64,000 nucleotides of DNA from Clostridia bacterium. Lineage in GTDB: Bacteria > Bacillota > Clostridia > Oscillospirales > UBA644. The notes beneath the pieces were generated by a model. It was not told the origin of the DNA. It ran no database searches and saw only the letters and a program-made list of their open reading frames with translations. Both the position numbers and the translations under genes were made by a program. The DNA lies in the NCBI GenBank assembly GCA_017623475.1, contig JAGAPC010000017.1:37375-101374 (forward strand), written 5' to 3'. Shown here in pieces: positions 18,663 through 30,262 of this stretch. The first letter of the stretch is position 1. Each line of letters opens with the position of its first letter.

Positions 18663-20639
18663 TTATTTCAGAGGATTTCCGGGGAGCGCCTCCGCCAGAT
18701 ATTCGTCGATGTACGCCATCAACTGCTCTTTTGCTTCGGCAACGCCGGTCTTTTCCGCCAAAGCTCCTGCCATGGTCAGATGTCCGCCGCCGTTTTTGAA
18801 TTTCTCCAGAATCAGCTGAACGTTGACCTCGCCGTAGGAACGGCCGGAGATGTTGGTGTTTCCGTTCTTGTCGGTAAACAGGGTGAAGGACGCCTTCGCT
18901 CCATCGACAGAAAGCATTTCGTCGGCGGCCTGGGCGGCGGCGATCTTCAGATTTCCGTGTCCCTCTCCGGGGAGATGGGCGATGGCAAAATGCTTGCGGT
19001 ACAATTCCGCGGCAGAGACGAATTTTACTTTATTGCGGTAGGTTTCCATATCGGTCTGGAAATATTGCTTTACCGCCACCGTATCTGCCCCTGCCTTCCG
19101 CAGGGTTGCGGAGGCGTCAAAGGTGCAGGTATTGGTGCGGATGGTAAAATTCTTCGTGTCCAGGCAGATGCCCGCCAAAAGGGCGTTTGCCTCGATGGGC
19201 GGGAAGGTGTAAACGTCCATGTATTGGAACAGCTCCGTGACCATTTCACAGGTGGACGACGCGTAAGGCTCCTGATAAAGCAGTTGAGGCTCTTCGATGC
19301 AGTCAACGCCCTTCCGATGATGGTCGATGACGTAAACGGTTTTTGCCTTTTTCAAAATTTCCGGAGCAACGGTACTGTCGGCGCGGTGGGTATCGACCAC
19401 CACGACGGCGGTACGCTTGCCCAGATATTCCGCCGCTTCCTTGCGGTTGATAAACCAATCCGCGTGGGAGGGATCGGCGCGCAGATCCTGCAGCAGCCGT
19501 CCGGTCAGGTCGGTGTCCTCATCGACGATGATTTTTGCTTCCAACCCTCTTTGAATTGCGATCCGCGCCATTCCTACGGCGGCGCCGAGGCAGTCCATGT
19601 CTCCGTAAGCGTGACCCATGATAAGCAGAGTGTCAATTTCCTTCAGATGCTCGGACAGAGCGTTGGCAATTACCCGGGTTTTTACGCGGGTGCGCCGCGC
19701 CCCTGCCGTGCTTCTGCCACCGTAGAAGGTATATCCTCCGGCGTGCTTGACTGCCGCCTGGTCGCCCCCGCGGGACAGCGCCATATCCAAGGCGCCCCGG
19801 GCGGCCTCTTCTGCCTTTGCAAAGCTTTCCGCGTCAGCACCGACGCCGATGGATAGGGTGGGGGAAAGCTTGGAGGGGGTTTGCATATTACGGATGCGGT
19901 CCATGATGTCGAATCGGGTTTTTTCAAATTCGGTCAGCGCACGGTTCTCAAAGACGAACAGATACCGTTCCCGTTCTCCGTGGCATAAGATTCCTCCCGA
20001 TTCCTGCGCCCATTGGTCGATGGTTTCGTCGATCAACGCCATGGCGTTGGAGCGTTCCGTTTCCTTCAACCCGGTAAAGACCTCGTCGTAATTATCCACC
20101 ATCAGGTGGGCGACCACGGGACGGGAGCGCTTGTATTCCCGCTTCAACAGATGATGCTCGGTGGTGTCGAACAGATAGAAGATAAACATTTCGTTCTGTT
20201 CCCCGAACCGATAGCAGTCCATGTACGCGGAATAGCATTTTCCGTCAAAGCGGAGATCGGAAATCCGCTGCTCCAAAATATCCTTGTTTAATTGCCGCAC
20301 GTTGTGGAGCGCCAGCAGGGTTTGCTCTCCCGTGGCGTCGGTAAAGGCTTCGTTGTACCAAAGGATGATCCCCTTTTCATCGGAGATCACGATGGGCACG
20401 GGGAAATCCACCAGCCGCTTTTGGGAGGTCATATTCAGCATATCCACGATGGCGTGGGCTAAATTTTTCTTCCGGCGGGTGGAGATGAAAAGACGGATCT
20501 CGTTGGCGATGATGCAAAGGGCAAACAGGATGCAAAGGGGAAGCCAGATTTTCCGTTCTGCCGTCAGTCCCGCAAAGATTCCGGCGGGGATCAAAAACAG
20601 ATAGGAAAGGCGATCCAAAAAGGGATGCAATCGTTTCAT
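18663..20639 (-). CDS. gdpP: GdpP/YybT-type DHH/DHHA1 phosphodiesterase (cyclic-di-AMP phosphodiesterase family)
   Basis: Two N-terminal TM helices, a degenerate GGDEF-like region, the DHH motif (VIDHH) and GGGH in DHHA1. Conserved yybS-gdpP-rplI-dnaB synteny. Confidence 0.9.
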   Translation of the reverse strand: MKRLHPFLDRLSYLFLIPAGIFAGLTAERKIWLPLCILFALCIIANEIRLFISTRRKKNLAHAIVDMLNMTSQKRLVDFPVPIVISDEKGIILWYNEAFTDATGEQTLLALHNVRQLNKDILEQRISDLRFDGKCYSAYMDCYRFGEQNEMFIFYLFDTTEHHLLKREYKRSRPVVAHLMVDNYDEVFTGLKETERSNAMALIDETIDQWAQESGGILCHGERERYLFVFENRALTEFEKTRFDIMDRIRNMQTPSKLSPTLSIGVGADAESFAKAEEAARGALDMALSRGGDQAAVKHAGGYTFYGGRSTAGARRTRVKTRVIANALSEHLKEIDTLLIMGHAYGDMDCLGAAVGMARIAIQRGLEAKIIVDEDTDLTGRLLQDLRADPSHADWFINRKEAAEYLGKRTAVVVVDTHRADSTVAPEILKKAKTVYVIDHHRKGVDCIEEPQLLYQEPYASSTCEMVTELFQYMDVYTFPPIEANALLAGICLDTKNFTIRTNTCTFDASATLRKAGADTVAVKQYFQTDMETYRNKVKFVSAAELYRKHFAIAHLPGEGHGNLKIAAAQAADEMLSVDGAKASFTLFTDKNGNTNISGRSYGEVNVQLILEKFKNGGGHLTMAGALAEKTGVAEAKEQLMAYIDEYLAEALPGNPLK

Positions 20640-21757
20640 CGGTAGGTTCCTCCTCCGAACATTCCCCGAAGATCACGCCCTGTGGAGAACAATCCCAGCA
20701 GGAGCAGTAACGATCCGCCGCAGGACGACAGGCTCACCACTACGGTGACGACCGTCAGCAAAGCGCGGACGCCGACCGAGGGGGCTCGGGTGTTGATAAA
20801 ATATAAGATGACGGAAAATCCGGCAAAGGTCAGAACCGCGGAGACCACGTAGATGACGTTCATCGACGCGATCTGCATCACGGAGCCGGCTTCCGAAAAA
20901 AGATTGACCAGGAAAAACAACAGATAAACGGGGGAAAGGATTCTGCCGGGACGGTATCCGTCCAGCCGCCCCATGGATTTGATTTCCACGCCGGCGTCTT
21001 TTTTTAACGCCGCCTTCATTCCCCACCAGATAACGCACAGAAGGAACAGGACGAAAATGGCGTAGATCCCCGGAGCAGCGGAAAGAAACGCGTTGACCGC
21101 CTGGGTTGCCGTTTCTTCCACTGAGACCTGCGAGAACAGATCGGACAGCGCCGTGCCGTCCGCAAGAACGATTTGCTGGGATTGGGTCAGTTCTTGAAAC
21201 TCCCTCAAGACCGCAATCACGCCGTCGGTCAATTTGGTTGCGACGGACTTCAGGCAGTATTCGGGATCAAAGGAATTTCCGGGGGAGGAAATGAAAACCT
21301 GGACCACTCCGCCCAGGGCGGTTAAGACGATTGACGAGATCAACCCCGTCTGCAGGGACAGCCCGAAGTCGGTGCGGGACAGAACGCAGGCGGCGAGGGG
21401 GATCCCCAATCCGCCCCAGGTAAACAGAGTTAAAAGTCCCAGAATGGCAGAGCCGGAAATCAATCCGACCGCGATCGCCGCGATCAGCGCCGCCAACACC
21501 GAAAGGAAGGGGACGCGGTACATTTGCCCCTCCAATTCCGCAGGCTCGTCTTCGGAGAATTGCGCCAGGGGATTTTTTCGGCGGACGGACTTGATCTCCG
21601 TGCCGCAGACCAATCCGGAGGCGATGAACACGTTTGCCGCAAGGCAGCAGGCAAGCCACGTTCCCCAAAGCCCGAAGAGCAACGCCGCCGTGCCGCACAG
21701 GGCGGCGGCGCTTCCCACGAGGGGGTATATGATGTTGAGATTTTTGGTTCGGTTCAT
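20636..21757 (-). CDS. YybS-like (DUF2232) polytopic membrane protein
   Basis: Multi-TM protein with an ATGA overlap onto gdpP. ATG at 21757 is preferred over the TTG at 21778, which overlaps the RBS. Confidence 0.75.
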   Translation of the reverse strand: MNRTKNLNIIYPLVGSAAALCGTAALLFGLWGTWLACCLAANVFIASGLVCGTEIKSVRRKNPLAQFSEDEPAELEGQMYRVPFLSVLAALIAAIAVGLISGSAILGLLTLFTWGGLGIPLAACVLSRTDFGLSLQTGLISSIVLTALGGVVQVFISSPGNSFDPEYCLKSVATKLTDGVIAVLREFQELTQSQQIVLADGTALSDLFSQVSVEETATQAVNAFLSAAPGIYAIFVLFLLCVIWWGMKAALKKDAGVEIKSMGRLDGYRPGRILSPVYLLFFLVNLFSEAGSVMQIASMNVIYVVSAVLTFAGFSVILYFINTRAPSVGVRALLTVVTVVVSLSSCGGSLLLLLGLFSTGRDLRGMFGGGTYR

Positions 21758-21957
21758 GAGAAAAAATACTCCTGTCAACGCCCGCTTTTGCGTGGGCGCG
21801 CGTGCATAGTCATGTTATAGAGTAATAGTTATTATACTATATTATGGCGGACTTGTCAATACCGGGAGGGGAAAATACCATAAAATGTTTGGAAATAGCG
21901 AATTTTCTTTTGCCTTCGGGTTCATGAAAATGACACAAACAATTCACAGTTTATCCA

Positions 21958-21986
21958 TTGAATTCCTTCCAAATTATGGCTATAAT
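21958..21986 (+). promoter_or_regulatory. groESL sigma-A promoter
   Basis: TTGAAT, 17 nt spacer, TATAAT immediately upstream of CIRCE. Confidence 0.6.
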
Positions 21987-21990
21987 AGGT

Positions 21991-22349
<359 letters not shown>

Positions 22350-22356
22350 GGAGTGA

Positions 22357-24003
<1,647 letters not shown>

Positions 24004-24010
24004 GCCGAAA

Positions 24011-24054
24011 AAAGAGATTTCCCGAGGTCGCAAGGCTTCGGGAAATCTTTTTTG
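24011..24054 (+). terminator. groESL intrinsic terminator
   Basis: AGATTTCCCGA...TCGGGAAATCT hairpin followed by T6. Confidence 0.8.
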
Positions 24055-24082
24055 GAATGCAAAATGCAGAATGCAAAATGCA
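24055..24082. repeat. Perfect 2 x 14 nt tandem repeat GAATGCAAAATGCA (four RAATGCA heptads)
   Basis: Read directly: 24055-24068 equals 24069-24082. Confidence 0.9.
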
Positions 24083-24203
24083 AAGTTAAGGGAGACCCGA
24101 AAAATTCAAGTCGCGGACGCAGAATTTTTAGTTGGTCGATACTTATACGTAGCGGGGCGCAGTTGCAAAATTATTGTAAAAATGTTTCTTTGCGTTCCGT
24201 GAC

Positions 24204-24232
24204 TTGACAAAGGGAGCATTTTATGGTATAAT
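24204..24232 (+). promoter_or_regulatory. Consensus sigma-A promoter
   Basis: TTGACA, 17 nt spacer, TATAAT. Confidence 0.65.
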
Positions 24233-24238
24233 AGTACA

Positions 24239-24452
24239 CAATTACGGAGAGGAAATCTCCGAACAATGAAAGAGACGGTGAAAGCGGAATGGACGATTGC
24301 GGCAGTAGGGCGGGGGCAGACCCCATCCCTTCGGGTGCATACCATCTGTTTCGTTAAATGAATACGGGCATACCATATACGAGGGATAGGGTATGTCCGT
24401 TTGTCGTTTTTTAAGTTGAATTTTTGTAAGGAAAAAGAGGATTATTCATACG
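24239..24452 (+). promoter_or_regulatory. Long 5' leader with an intrinsic terminator (candidate riboswitch or attenuator, class not identified)
   Basis: About 214 nt between the promoter and the ATG. Hairpins GGAGA-GGAAA-TCTCC and GGGG-CAGA-CCCC. Terminator ACGGGCATACC-N14-GGTATGTCCGT plus TTGTCGTTTTTT at 24364-24412. Confidence 0.5.
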
Positions 24453-25751
24453 ATGTTTGGTGCTATTGTACTTCAAATTATTCTGATTTCGTTGAACGCA
24501 ATTTTTGCCAGCGCGGAAACGGCGATGATCTCGTCCAACGCCGCCCGGATCGAGCATCTTGCCGCCGACGGGGATAAGCGGGCGAAGCGCTTGCTGTCCC
24601 TGACCGAAAACCCCTCACGGTTTTTATCCACCGTTCAGGTCGCCATCACGTTGGCGGGCTTTTTGGGGAGTGCTTACGCCGCCGATAACTTTGCCGAGCC
24701 CTTGGTAAAATGGCTTCTGACCGTCGGCGTCCCCGTTCCCGAAGGGGTTTTGGATTCGGTCTGCGTGTTTCTGATTACCATTCTTTTGTCCTATTTCAGC
24801 ATCGTGTTCGGGGAATTGGTTCCCAAGCGGGTTGCCTTAAAGGATCCGGACAAATCCGCCCTTCAGTTGGCAGGACTTTTGAATTTCGTCTCCTTTATTT
24901 TCGCTCCCTTCGTCTGGATTCTGACCAAATCCACCAACGGCGTTTTGCGGTTGATGAATATCGATCCCAACGAAAGCGACGACGAGGTAACCGAAGAGGA
25001 AATCCGTATGATGTTGGAATCGGGCAGCGAAAAGGGCACGATCGACAAGGCGGAAACCGAAATGATCCGCAACATCTTTGAGTTTGACGATACGGACTTG
25101 AGTGAGATCTGCACCCACCGTCGGGACGTGGTGATCTTGTACGAGGGGGAAGGGGCGGAAACCTGGAAAAAGATTTTGAACGAAACCCGCTTTTCCTTCT
25201 ACCCCATCTGCGGAGAGACGGCGGACGATATTCAGGACGTGCTGGACGCGGATCAATTTTTCCGTGCCGCCGCCACCATGAAATTTGAAGACGCCGTGGC
25301 TGCCGCCCGAATCAAGCCCATGTTCGTGCCGGAGCATAGTAAAGCAGACGCCCTGTTCTCCAAGATGAAGGAGACGGGGGAGACCTTCGCCGTTCTCATC
25401 GACGAATACGGCGGGATGCAGGGGATCGTAACCTTCTACGATCTGCTGAACTGCCTGGTGGGGAATCTGCGGGGTGACGAGGAGGAAATCCGATCTTCCG
25501 GGGAAAACCGCTGGATCGTCCCCGGCTCTGCTTCTCCCTCCGACGTGGCGGAAGCCCTGCACGTGGAATTGGAGGCGGAGGGCTACGAAACCTTCGGCGG
25601 CTACGTGCTGGATCTGTTGGGCACCGTTCCCGAGGACGGATCGACCCCCGAGACCGAGACCGAAGAGTTACTGCTGCAGGTCACCAAGGTTTCCGACCGC
25701 CGTATCGAAACGGTCACCGTCACCAAAAAAATCAAAGAAGAGCAAGAGTAA
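24453..25751 (+). CDS. CNNM/CorC-HlyC family transporter (DUF21 + CBS pair + CorC_HlyC domain)
   Basis: The N-terminal 4-TM DUF21 region, a CBS region and the C-terminal transporter-associated domain (FGGYVLDLLG) show the typical architecture of hemolysin-family/CorC proteins. Confidence 0.85.
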   Translation: MFGAIVLQIILISLNAIFASAETAMISSNAARIEHLAADGDKRAKRLLSLTENPSRFLSTVQVAITLAGFLGSAYAADNFAEPLVKWLLTVGVPVPEGVLDSVCVFLITILLSYFSIVFGELVPKRVALKDPDKSALQLAGLLNFVSFIFAPFVWILTKSTNGVLRLMNIDPNESDDEVTEEEIRMMLESGSEKGTIDKAETEMIRNIFEFDDTDLSEICTHRRDVVILYEGEGAETWKKILNETRFSFYPICGETADDIQDVLDADQFFRAAATMKFEDAVAAARIKPMFVPEHSKADALFSKMKETGETFAVLIDEYGGMQGIVTFYDLLNCLVGNLRGDEEEIRSSGENRWIVPGSASPSDVAEALHVELEAEGYETFGGYVLDLLGTVPEDGSTPETETEELLLQVTKVSDRRIETVTVTKKIKEEQE

Positions 25752-25759
25752 GTAAAAAA

Positions 25760-25795
25760 TTATCGCTCCTACAAGCCGTAGGAGCGATGATTTTT
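25760..25795. terminator. Bidirectional terminator
   Basis: ATCGCTCCTAC-AAGCC-GTAGGAGCGAT followed by a T-run, between convergent genes. Confidence 0.75.
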
Positions 25796-25798
25796 TGT

Positions 25799-28132
25799 TC
25801 AGAAGGTAATCGTAACAGATTCGTTGGGCTTGAATTTTCGCGTCAAAATCGAATCTTCCACGGCAAATCCCGTATGGGAGGGGATTTTTTGCCGTTGGGG
25901 AAGCTTCAGACGGAGATCGTTCTCTTTTTCTGCCAAAACGGTAACTTCGGTCAACTTTCCGTCCTTCCAGGCAAAATCAAAGGTAAAGCCTCCTCTTGCC
26001 CGCAAGCCCTTGACCGAGCCGGTCTTCCATTCGTCGGGGAGGGCGGGCAACAATTCCACGATCCGCTGACCGATTCCGCCCAAGTGGCTTTGGATCAGCA
26101 TTTCGTTGACGCCGGCAGTAGCACCGAAGTTTCCGTCGATCTGGAAGACGTGAGGGGGATGCAGGTCAAAGAGGTTCGTGTCGGTGTTGGTTGCGAAAAG
26201 CTGATACAGATGATAAAGCGCCTCGTTGCCTTCTTTGAATCGGGCGTAATAATTTACGATCCACGCTCTCGACCAGCCGGTTTGTCCGCCCCCTTGGGAG
26301 AGACGGCGGGCGATGGTATTCTTTGCCGCCTGATAGATTTCGGGGTCGGCTTCGTTGATCTGATCCGAGGGATACAGTCCAAACAGGTGGGAAATATGCC
26401 GATGCCCCGGTTCTGCTTCTTCGTAGTCCTGAATCCATTCGCAGATGGTTCCGTAGCGTTGGCTGATCCGAAGGGGGGGCATGCGTTTCAGAATTCCGTC
26501 CAATTTTTTCGCAAAAGCAGGATCTTCCTGCAACAGTTCACAAGCGTACTTGACCCGGGTGAACAGGGCGTAGATAATTTCGTAATCGAAGGTTGCCCCT
26601 TGGGTCATCTGGCTTTTCTTTTTAATTCCGTCGGAAGGATCGGTGTAGTAGAAGAAATTTTCCGGAGAATTAGAGGGGGAAGTGATGGGGGTTCCGTCCT
26701 TTGTTTCGGTGAGATAATCGCAAACGAAGGTGCAGGAATCTTTCAAAATCGGATAGATTTCCTTCAGATATTCCACGTCGCCGGTGTATTCGTAATGCTC
26801 CCACAAGGGAAGGCACATCCAGGGACCTGCCATGGGGAAGAATCCGCAACCCACAAAGTCGTGAACACCGGTTCTTCCGAAAACGTCCGTGGTGTGATTG
26901 ACCGCCCAACCGTCGGAGTCAAACAATTCTTTTGCCGTTTGCCGTCCGAATTTGCTGAGCATCTTTACGAAGTGGGTCAAAGAATCTACGGTTGCGGAGC
27001 AGTTTCCGTTTTCCGCGTGCCAATAGTTCATCTGCACGTTGATGTTGGTGTGGTAATCCGCACCCCAGGCGGGACGGAAATCGTGACACCAGATTCCCTG
27101 CAGATTTGCGGGCAGGGTGGAATTTTTGCCGGAGCTTTCAATCAAAAGGTATCTTCCGTAGTTGTAGTACAAAACGCACAGATCCGGGTCGGTTTTCCCT
27201 TCCTTTACCGCCTGCAGCCGTTCGTCGGTGGGGATGTCCGAATAATCGGGAACGTCCAATTCCAACTGCACTTTGGAAAACCATTTTTTGTGATCTTCCA
27301 AATGACGGGCTTTGACTTCTTCATAAGAATGACCCTGCAATTTTTCCATGCAATCGGTCAGGGATTTGCGGTAATCAATGCTTTCGTCGATATCGAAAAT
27401 ATTGACGTTGTAATTGGTGGCAAAGGCGCCGTAAACGATCAGATAAGTAGCGTTTTCCACGGAAATGGAATCGTGGCTCATTTTCCGTTCCCCGTCGGTT
27501 TCGATCTTTAATCTTGCTCCGAAGGACATTCCTTCTCCACCGGCACCGTAGAAATCTTCGTTAAAGTAGGTGACACGATCGTTCATGATGACGGTATCTT
27601 CCGAAAGAACCGCGGTGTAGGCGTCTTGCTTGCGCTTCATGGTTACGTTGCAGGAAAAGGGAGCATCGCAGGAGACTTTGTAAGCAAAAAGGTCAAAGGC
27701 TTCGCTGACGAAGGCTTCCCCGGAAAAGGCTTTTCCGTTCCGCTTCCATTGAACCGACGCCACGGCGTCTTTCAATTCCAATTCCTTGCGGTAATCGGAA
27801 GTTTCCCCTTCTTCTTTGAATTGAACGAAAATTTCACCGAAGCTTTCAAAAAAGCGAACCCGGGGCGGAGATGCGAGGAAGGTTTCCCGGCTCAAAATCT
27901 TCGCTTCTTCCAGGCGCTCTTCCGAAATCAGCCGACGGATCTCCGCCAGCGCCTCGGGGGTGGCGTGGTTTTCTTCCTTGATCTGCCGCCCACTCCAGAG
28001 GGATTCCTCGTTGATTTCAATCACTTCCCGGTCGGGGTTTCCGTAGATCATCGCCCCGATGCGGCCGTTTCCCAAGGGAAGCGCCGCCATCCAATCGTCG
28101 ATAAAGCGATTGTAAAACAGCTTCGTTGACAT
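25799..28132 (-). CDS. Glycoside hydrolase family 95 (alpha-L-fucosidase type)
   Basis: 777 aa. The N-terminus WMAALPLGNGRIGAMIYGNPDREVIEINEESLWSG and internal LPANLQGIWC, YHTNINVQMNYW and FQIDGNFG motifs are characteristic of GH95. Confidence 0.85.
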   Translation of the reverse strand: MSTKLFYNRFIDDWMAALPLGNGRIGAMIYGNPDREVIEINEESLWSGRQIKEENHATPEALAEIRRLISEERLEEAKILSRETFLASPPRVRFFESFGEIFVQFKEEGETSDYRKELELKDAVASVQWKRNGKAFSGEAFVSEAFDLFAYKVSCDAPFSCNVTMKRKQDAYTAVLSEDTVIMNDRVTYFNEDFYGAGGEGMSFGARLKIETDGERKMSHDSISVENATYLIVYGAFATNYNVNIFDIDESIDYRKSLTDCMEKLQGHSYEEVKARHLEDHKKWFSKVQLELDVPDYSDIPTDERLQAVKEGKTDPDLCVLYYNYGRYLLIESSGKNSTLPANLQGIWCHDFRPAWGADYHTNINVQMNYWHAENGNCSATVDSLTHFVKMLSKFGRQTAKELFDSDGWAVNHTTDVFGRTGVHDFVGCGFFPMAGPWMCLPLWEHYEYTGDVEYLKEIYPILKDSCTFVCDYLTETKDGTPITSPSNSPENFFYYTDPSDGIKKKSQMTQGATFDYEIIYALFTRVKYACELLQEDPAFAKKLDGILKRMPPLRISQRYGTICEWIQDYEEAEPGHRHISHLFGLYPSDQINEADPEIYQAAKNTIARRLSQGGGQTGWSRAWIVNYYARFKEGNEALYHLYQLFATNTDTNLFDLHPPHVFQIDGNFGATAGVNEMLIQSHLGGIGQRIVELLPALPDEWKTGSVKGLRARGGFTFDFAWKDGKLTEVTVLAEKENDLRLKLPQRQKIPSHTGFAVEDSILTRKFKPNESVTITF

Positions 28133-28279
28133 GGTGAAATCTCCTTTTTTGCGCGATGTTTTTTTCTTACATTATATCGTATTTTTTTCGGCTTGTCTAT
28201 GAGTTTTTCCGGTTTTTGTATAACGATATCCGGATTTCGTTTCCGACTGTTCTCAAGACCGTTTTATATCAAGATGTGG

Positions 28280-29554
28280 TCATTGTGCTTTTACGATAAC
28301 CGAAATACCGTCGGGGATGGCTACGATCTTGGGGTTTTGCAGATTTACGAGGGATTGTGCCTTTTCCAAAGCCTCCTCCAAGGAATGGGCGGGAATCATA
28401 TGCAGTTTCTCTACCACGTCGTCCGGCAGATCGGAGACGTAAACGACGGAGGCTTTTAACAGAATCCGCAACAGAATTTGTGCCTGCCATTGATCCGGCA
28501 GCGTTTCGTGGCGTTTCTGACGCAGATATGCGTTCATTGCCTTTTGAACGTCCGGTTCTTCTGCCAACTGACGGTAGAAAAAGTCTCCTCCCGTTCCGTC
28601 TCCGGATTTTGCAAGCATGATAACGACTCCGTCCTTTTTGACGGTCGCTTCCGCCGCCGTCATGCCCTTAACTGCCTGATAGACGTTTTGATCTAAGGGA
28701 TAACCTCCGTTGGTCGTAATGGCAATATCTGCGCTTACGGCGTTTACGCTGCAGAGCTTCGATAAAAATTCGGTTCCGGCGCGATGGGCTTCTTCCAAAT
28801 CCCCTGCGACGGCGTAAATAATTTTCTTTTCTTCGTTCAATACTACGTTCACGATATATTGCAGTTTTGCCGTCTTTGCAGCCCAGAGCATATCCTTATG
28901 TACGGGGTTGTTTTCCAAAATTCCCGTTCGTGCGTTGGGGTGGGCGATAAATTCCGCGCAGTGGTTTGCCATCACGGTTTCTCGTCCGCTTATCCCCGGC
29001 AATACGCTTTTTCGACCCCCGGAAAATCCCGCAAAGAGGTGCGGTTCAATAAACCCTTCGGCAATCAATAGATCTGCTTCGGAAGCAAGTTTGTTAATTT
29101 TACAGCTTCCTCCTGAAGGCAAGGTTCCGATGTTTACCTGCATTTGCGTATCATCGCAATCGTGAATGTAAATCTTTTCTTTTTTTACGATTTCTTCTCC
29201 GAATTTTGAAATCAGTTCTTCCTTGGTTGTTCCCCGATGGCAGCCCGTTGCAATCAAAATGGTAATGCTTGCAAGCGGATTTGCCTGCCGAATTTCTTTC
29301 AGCATGAGAGGAATGATCTGTTTGCTGGGAACGGGACGGGTATGATCGCTGGCAATAATGACGACGTTATCTTTTCCCTTGGCAAGCTCCCCCAACGGTT
29401 TGGAACCAATGGGATTTTTCATGGCGTTTTCTACGAGTTCCCGTTCGGTTTGGTTTGTATCGTAGTCGTGAATGGCGGATTCCAATACGGTTACCTCGTC
29501 GGGAAAGGAATATTTGATTTTTTCTTTCCCGTAGGGGAATACGACCTGTTTCAT
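28280..29554 (-). CDS. larA: LarA-family nickel-pincer-dependent 2-hydroxyacid racemase/epimerase (DUF2088)
   Basis: 424 aa. Motifs IIASDHTRP, ILIATGCHR, EPHLFAGFSGGRKS and HC..F resemble lactate racemase LarA. Substrate unknown. Confidence 0.75.
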   Translation of the reverse strand: MKQVVFPYGKEKIKYSFPDEVTVLESAIHDYDTNQTERELVENAMKNPIGSKPLGELAKGKDNVVIIASDHTRPVPSKQIIPLMLKEIRQANPLASITILIATGCHRGTTKEELISKFGEEIVKKEKIYIHDCDDTQMQVNIGTLPSGGSCKINKLASEADLLIAEGFIEPHLFAGFSGGRKSVLPGISGRETVMANHCAEFIAHPNARTGILENNPVHKDMLWAAKTAKLQYIVNVVLNEEKKIIYAVAGDLEEAHRAGTEFLSKLCSVNAVSADIAITTNGGYPLDQNVYQAVKGMTAAEATVKKDGVVIMLAKSGDGTGGDFFYRQLAEEPDVQKAMNAYLRQKRHETLPDQWQAQILLRILLKASVVYVSDLPDDVVEKLHMIPAHSLEEALEKAQSLVNLQNPKIVAIPDGISVIVKAQ

Positions 29555-29576
29555 TCTGTTGTCCTTTCTTCCTGTT

Positions 29577-30062
29577 TTATAAAAGACTGTTTAATGTTTC
29601 AAAAACGAAATCCACCGCCGATCGGCGGACGTTTTGCCGTCCCGTGGCTTCGAAACGCTTGGTTTCGGTAACGATCGTGCCGTTGATGGCAAAGCCGAAG
29701 CAGACCGTTCCCACCGGCTTTTCTTCCGTGCCGCCCCCGGGACCGGCGATTCCGCTGACGGCAACCCCCACCTGGGCGTTATTTGCTCGAGAGATTCCCA
29801 GCGCCATTTCCCTTGCCGTTTCTTCGCTGACCGCGCCGTAGGTCTTCAACGTTTCGGCGGAGACGCCCAACAGGGATTGCTTTGCCTCGTTGGCGTAGGT
29901 GATAAAGGAGGCGTTCAGCACCTTGGAGGCGTTGGCAACGTCCACCAATCGGGCGCACGCCATGCCCCCGGTGCAGGATTCCGCAAAGGAAACCGTCCAT
30001 CTCTTTTCGATCAGCTTTTCGACCACCTTTTCGGCGGTTTGCAGGCGTTGTTCTTCGGTCAT
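29577..30062 (-). CDS. pncC: CinA C-terminal domain / PncC-type nicotinamide-nucleotide amidohydrolase
   Basis: FAESCTGGMACARL and GVAVSGIAGPGGG motifs. ATG at 30062 has a GGAGG RBS 5 nt upstream. Confidence 0.8.
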   Translation of the reverse strand: MTEEQRLQTAEKVVEKLIEKRWTVSFAESCTGGMACARLVDVANASKVLNASFITYANEAKQSLLGVSAETLKTYGAVSEETAREMALGISRANNAQVGVAVSGIAGPGGGTEEKPVGTVCFGFAINGTIVTETKRFEATGRQNVRRSAVDFVFETLNSLL

Positions 30063-30111
30063 AACTTCCTCCGTAAAAAAGGAGATACGCAAAGTACCTC
30101 CTCTTTTTTTA

Positions 30112-30246
30112 TTATTTTTTCCTGTTGGTCACTTTGTTCAAAACGGTAACGGTAAGGATGATGGTCAGAGTAACGATAAAAATACCCAACATTCCTTTTC
30201 CCATATAGGGCAAAGATTCCAGCAAAGCCTGAACGTCAATTTTCAT
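30112..30246 (-). CDS. 44 aa single-TM protein, OadG-like (Na+-decarboxylase gamma-type) small subunit
   Basis: Not in the ORF track (<60 aa). The minus strand reads MKIDVQALLESLPYMGKGMLGIFIVTLTIILTVTVLNKVTNRKK*. It starts 17 nt after the oadB stop and has an OadG-like G-x-G-hydrophobic core. Confidence 0.5.
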   Translation of the reverse strand: MKIDVQALLESLPYMGKGMLGIFIVTLTIILTVTVLNKVTNRKK

Positions 30247-30262
30247 GTCCGTACCCCCTGAT

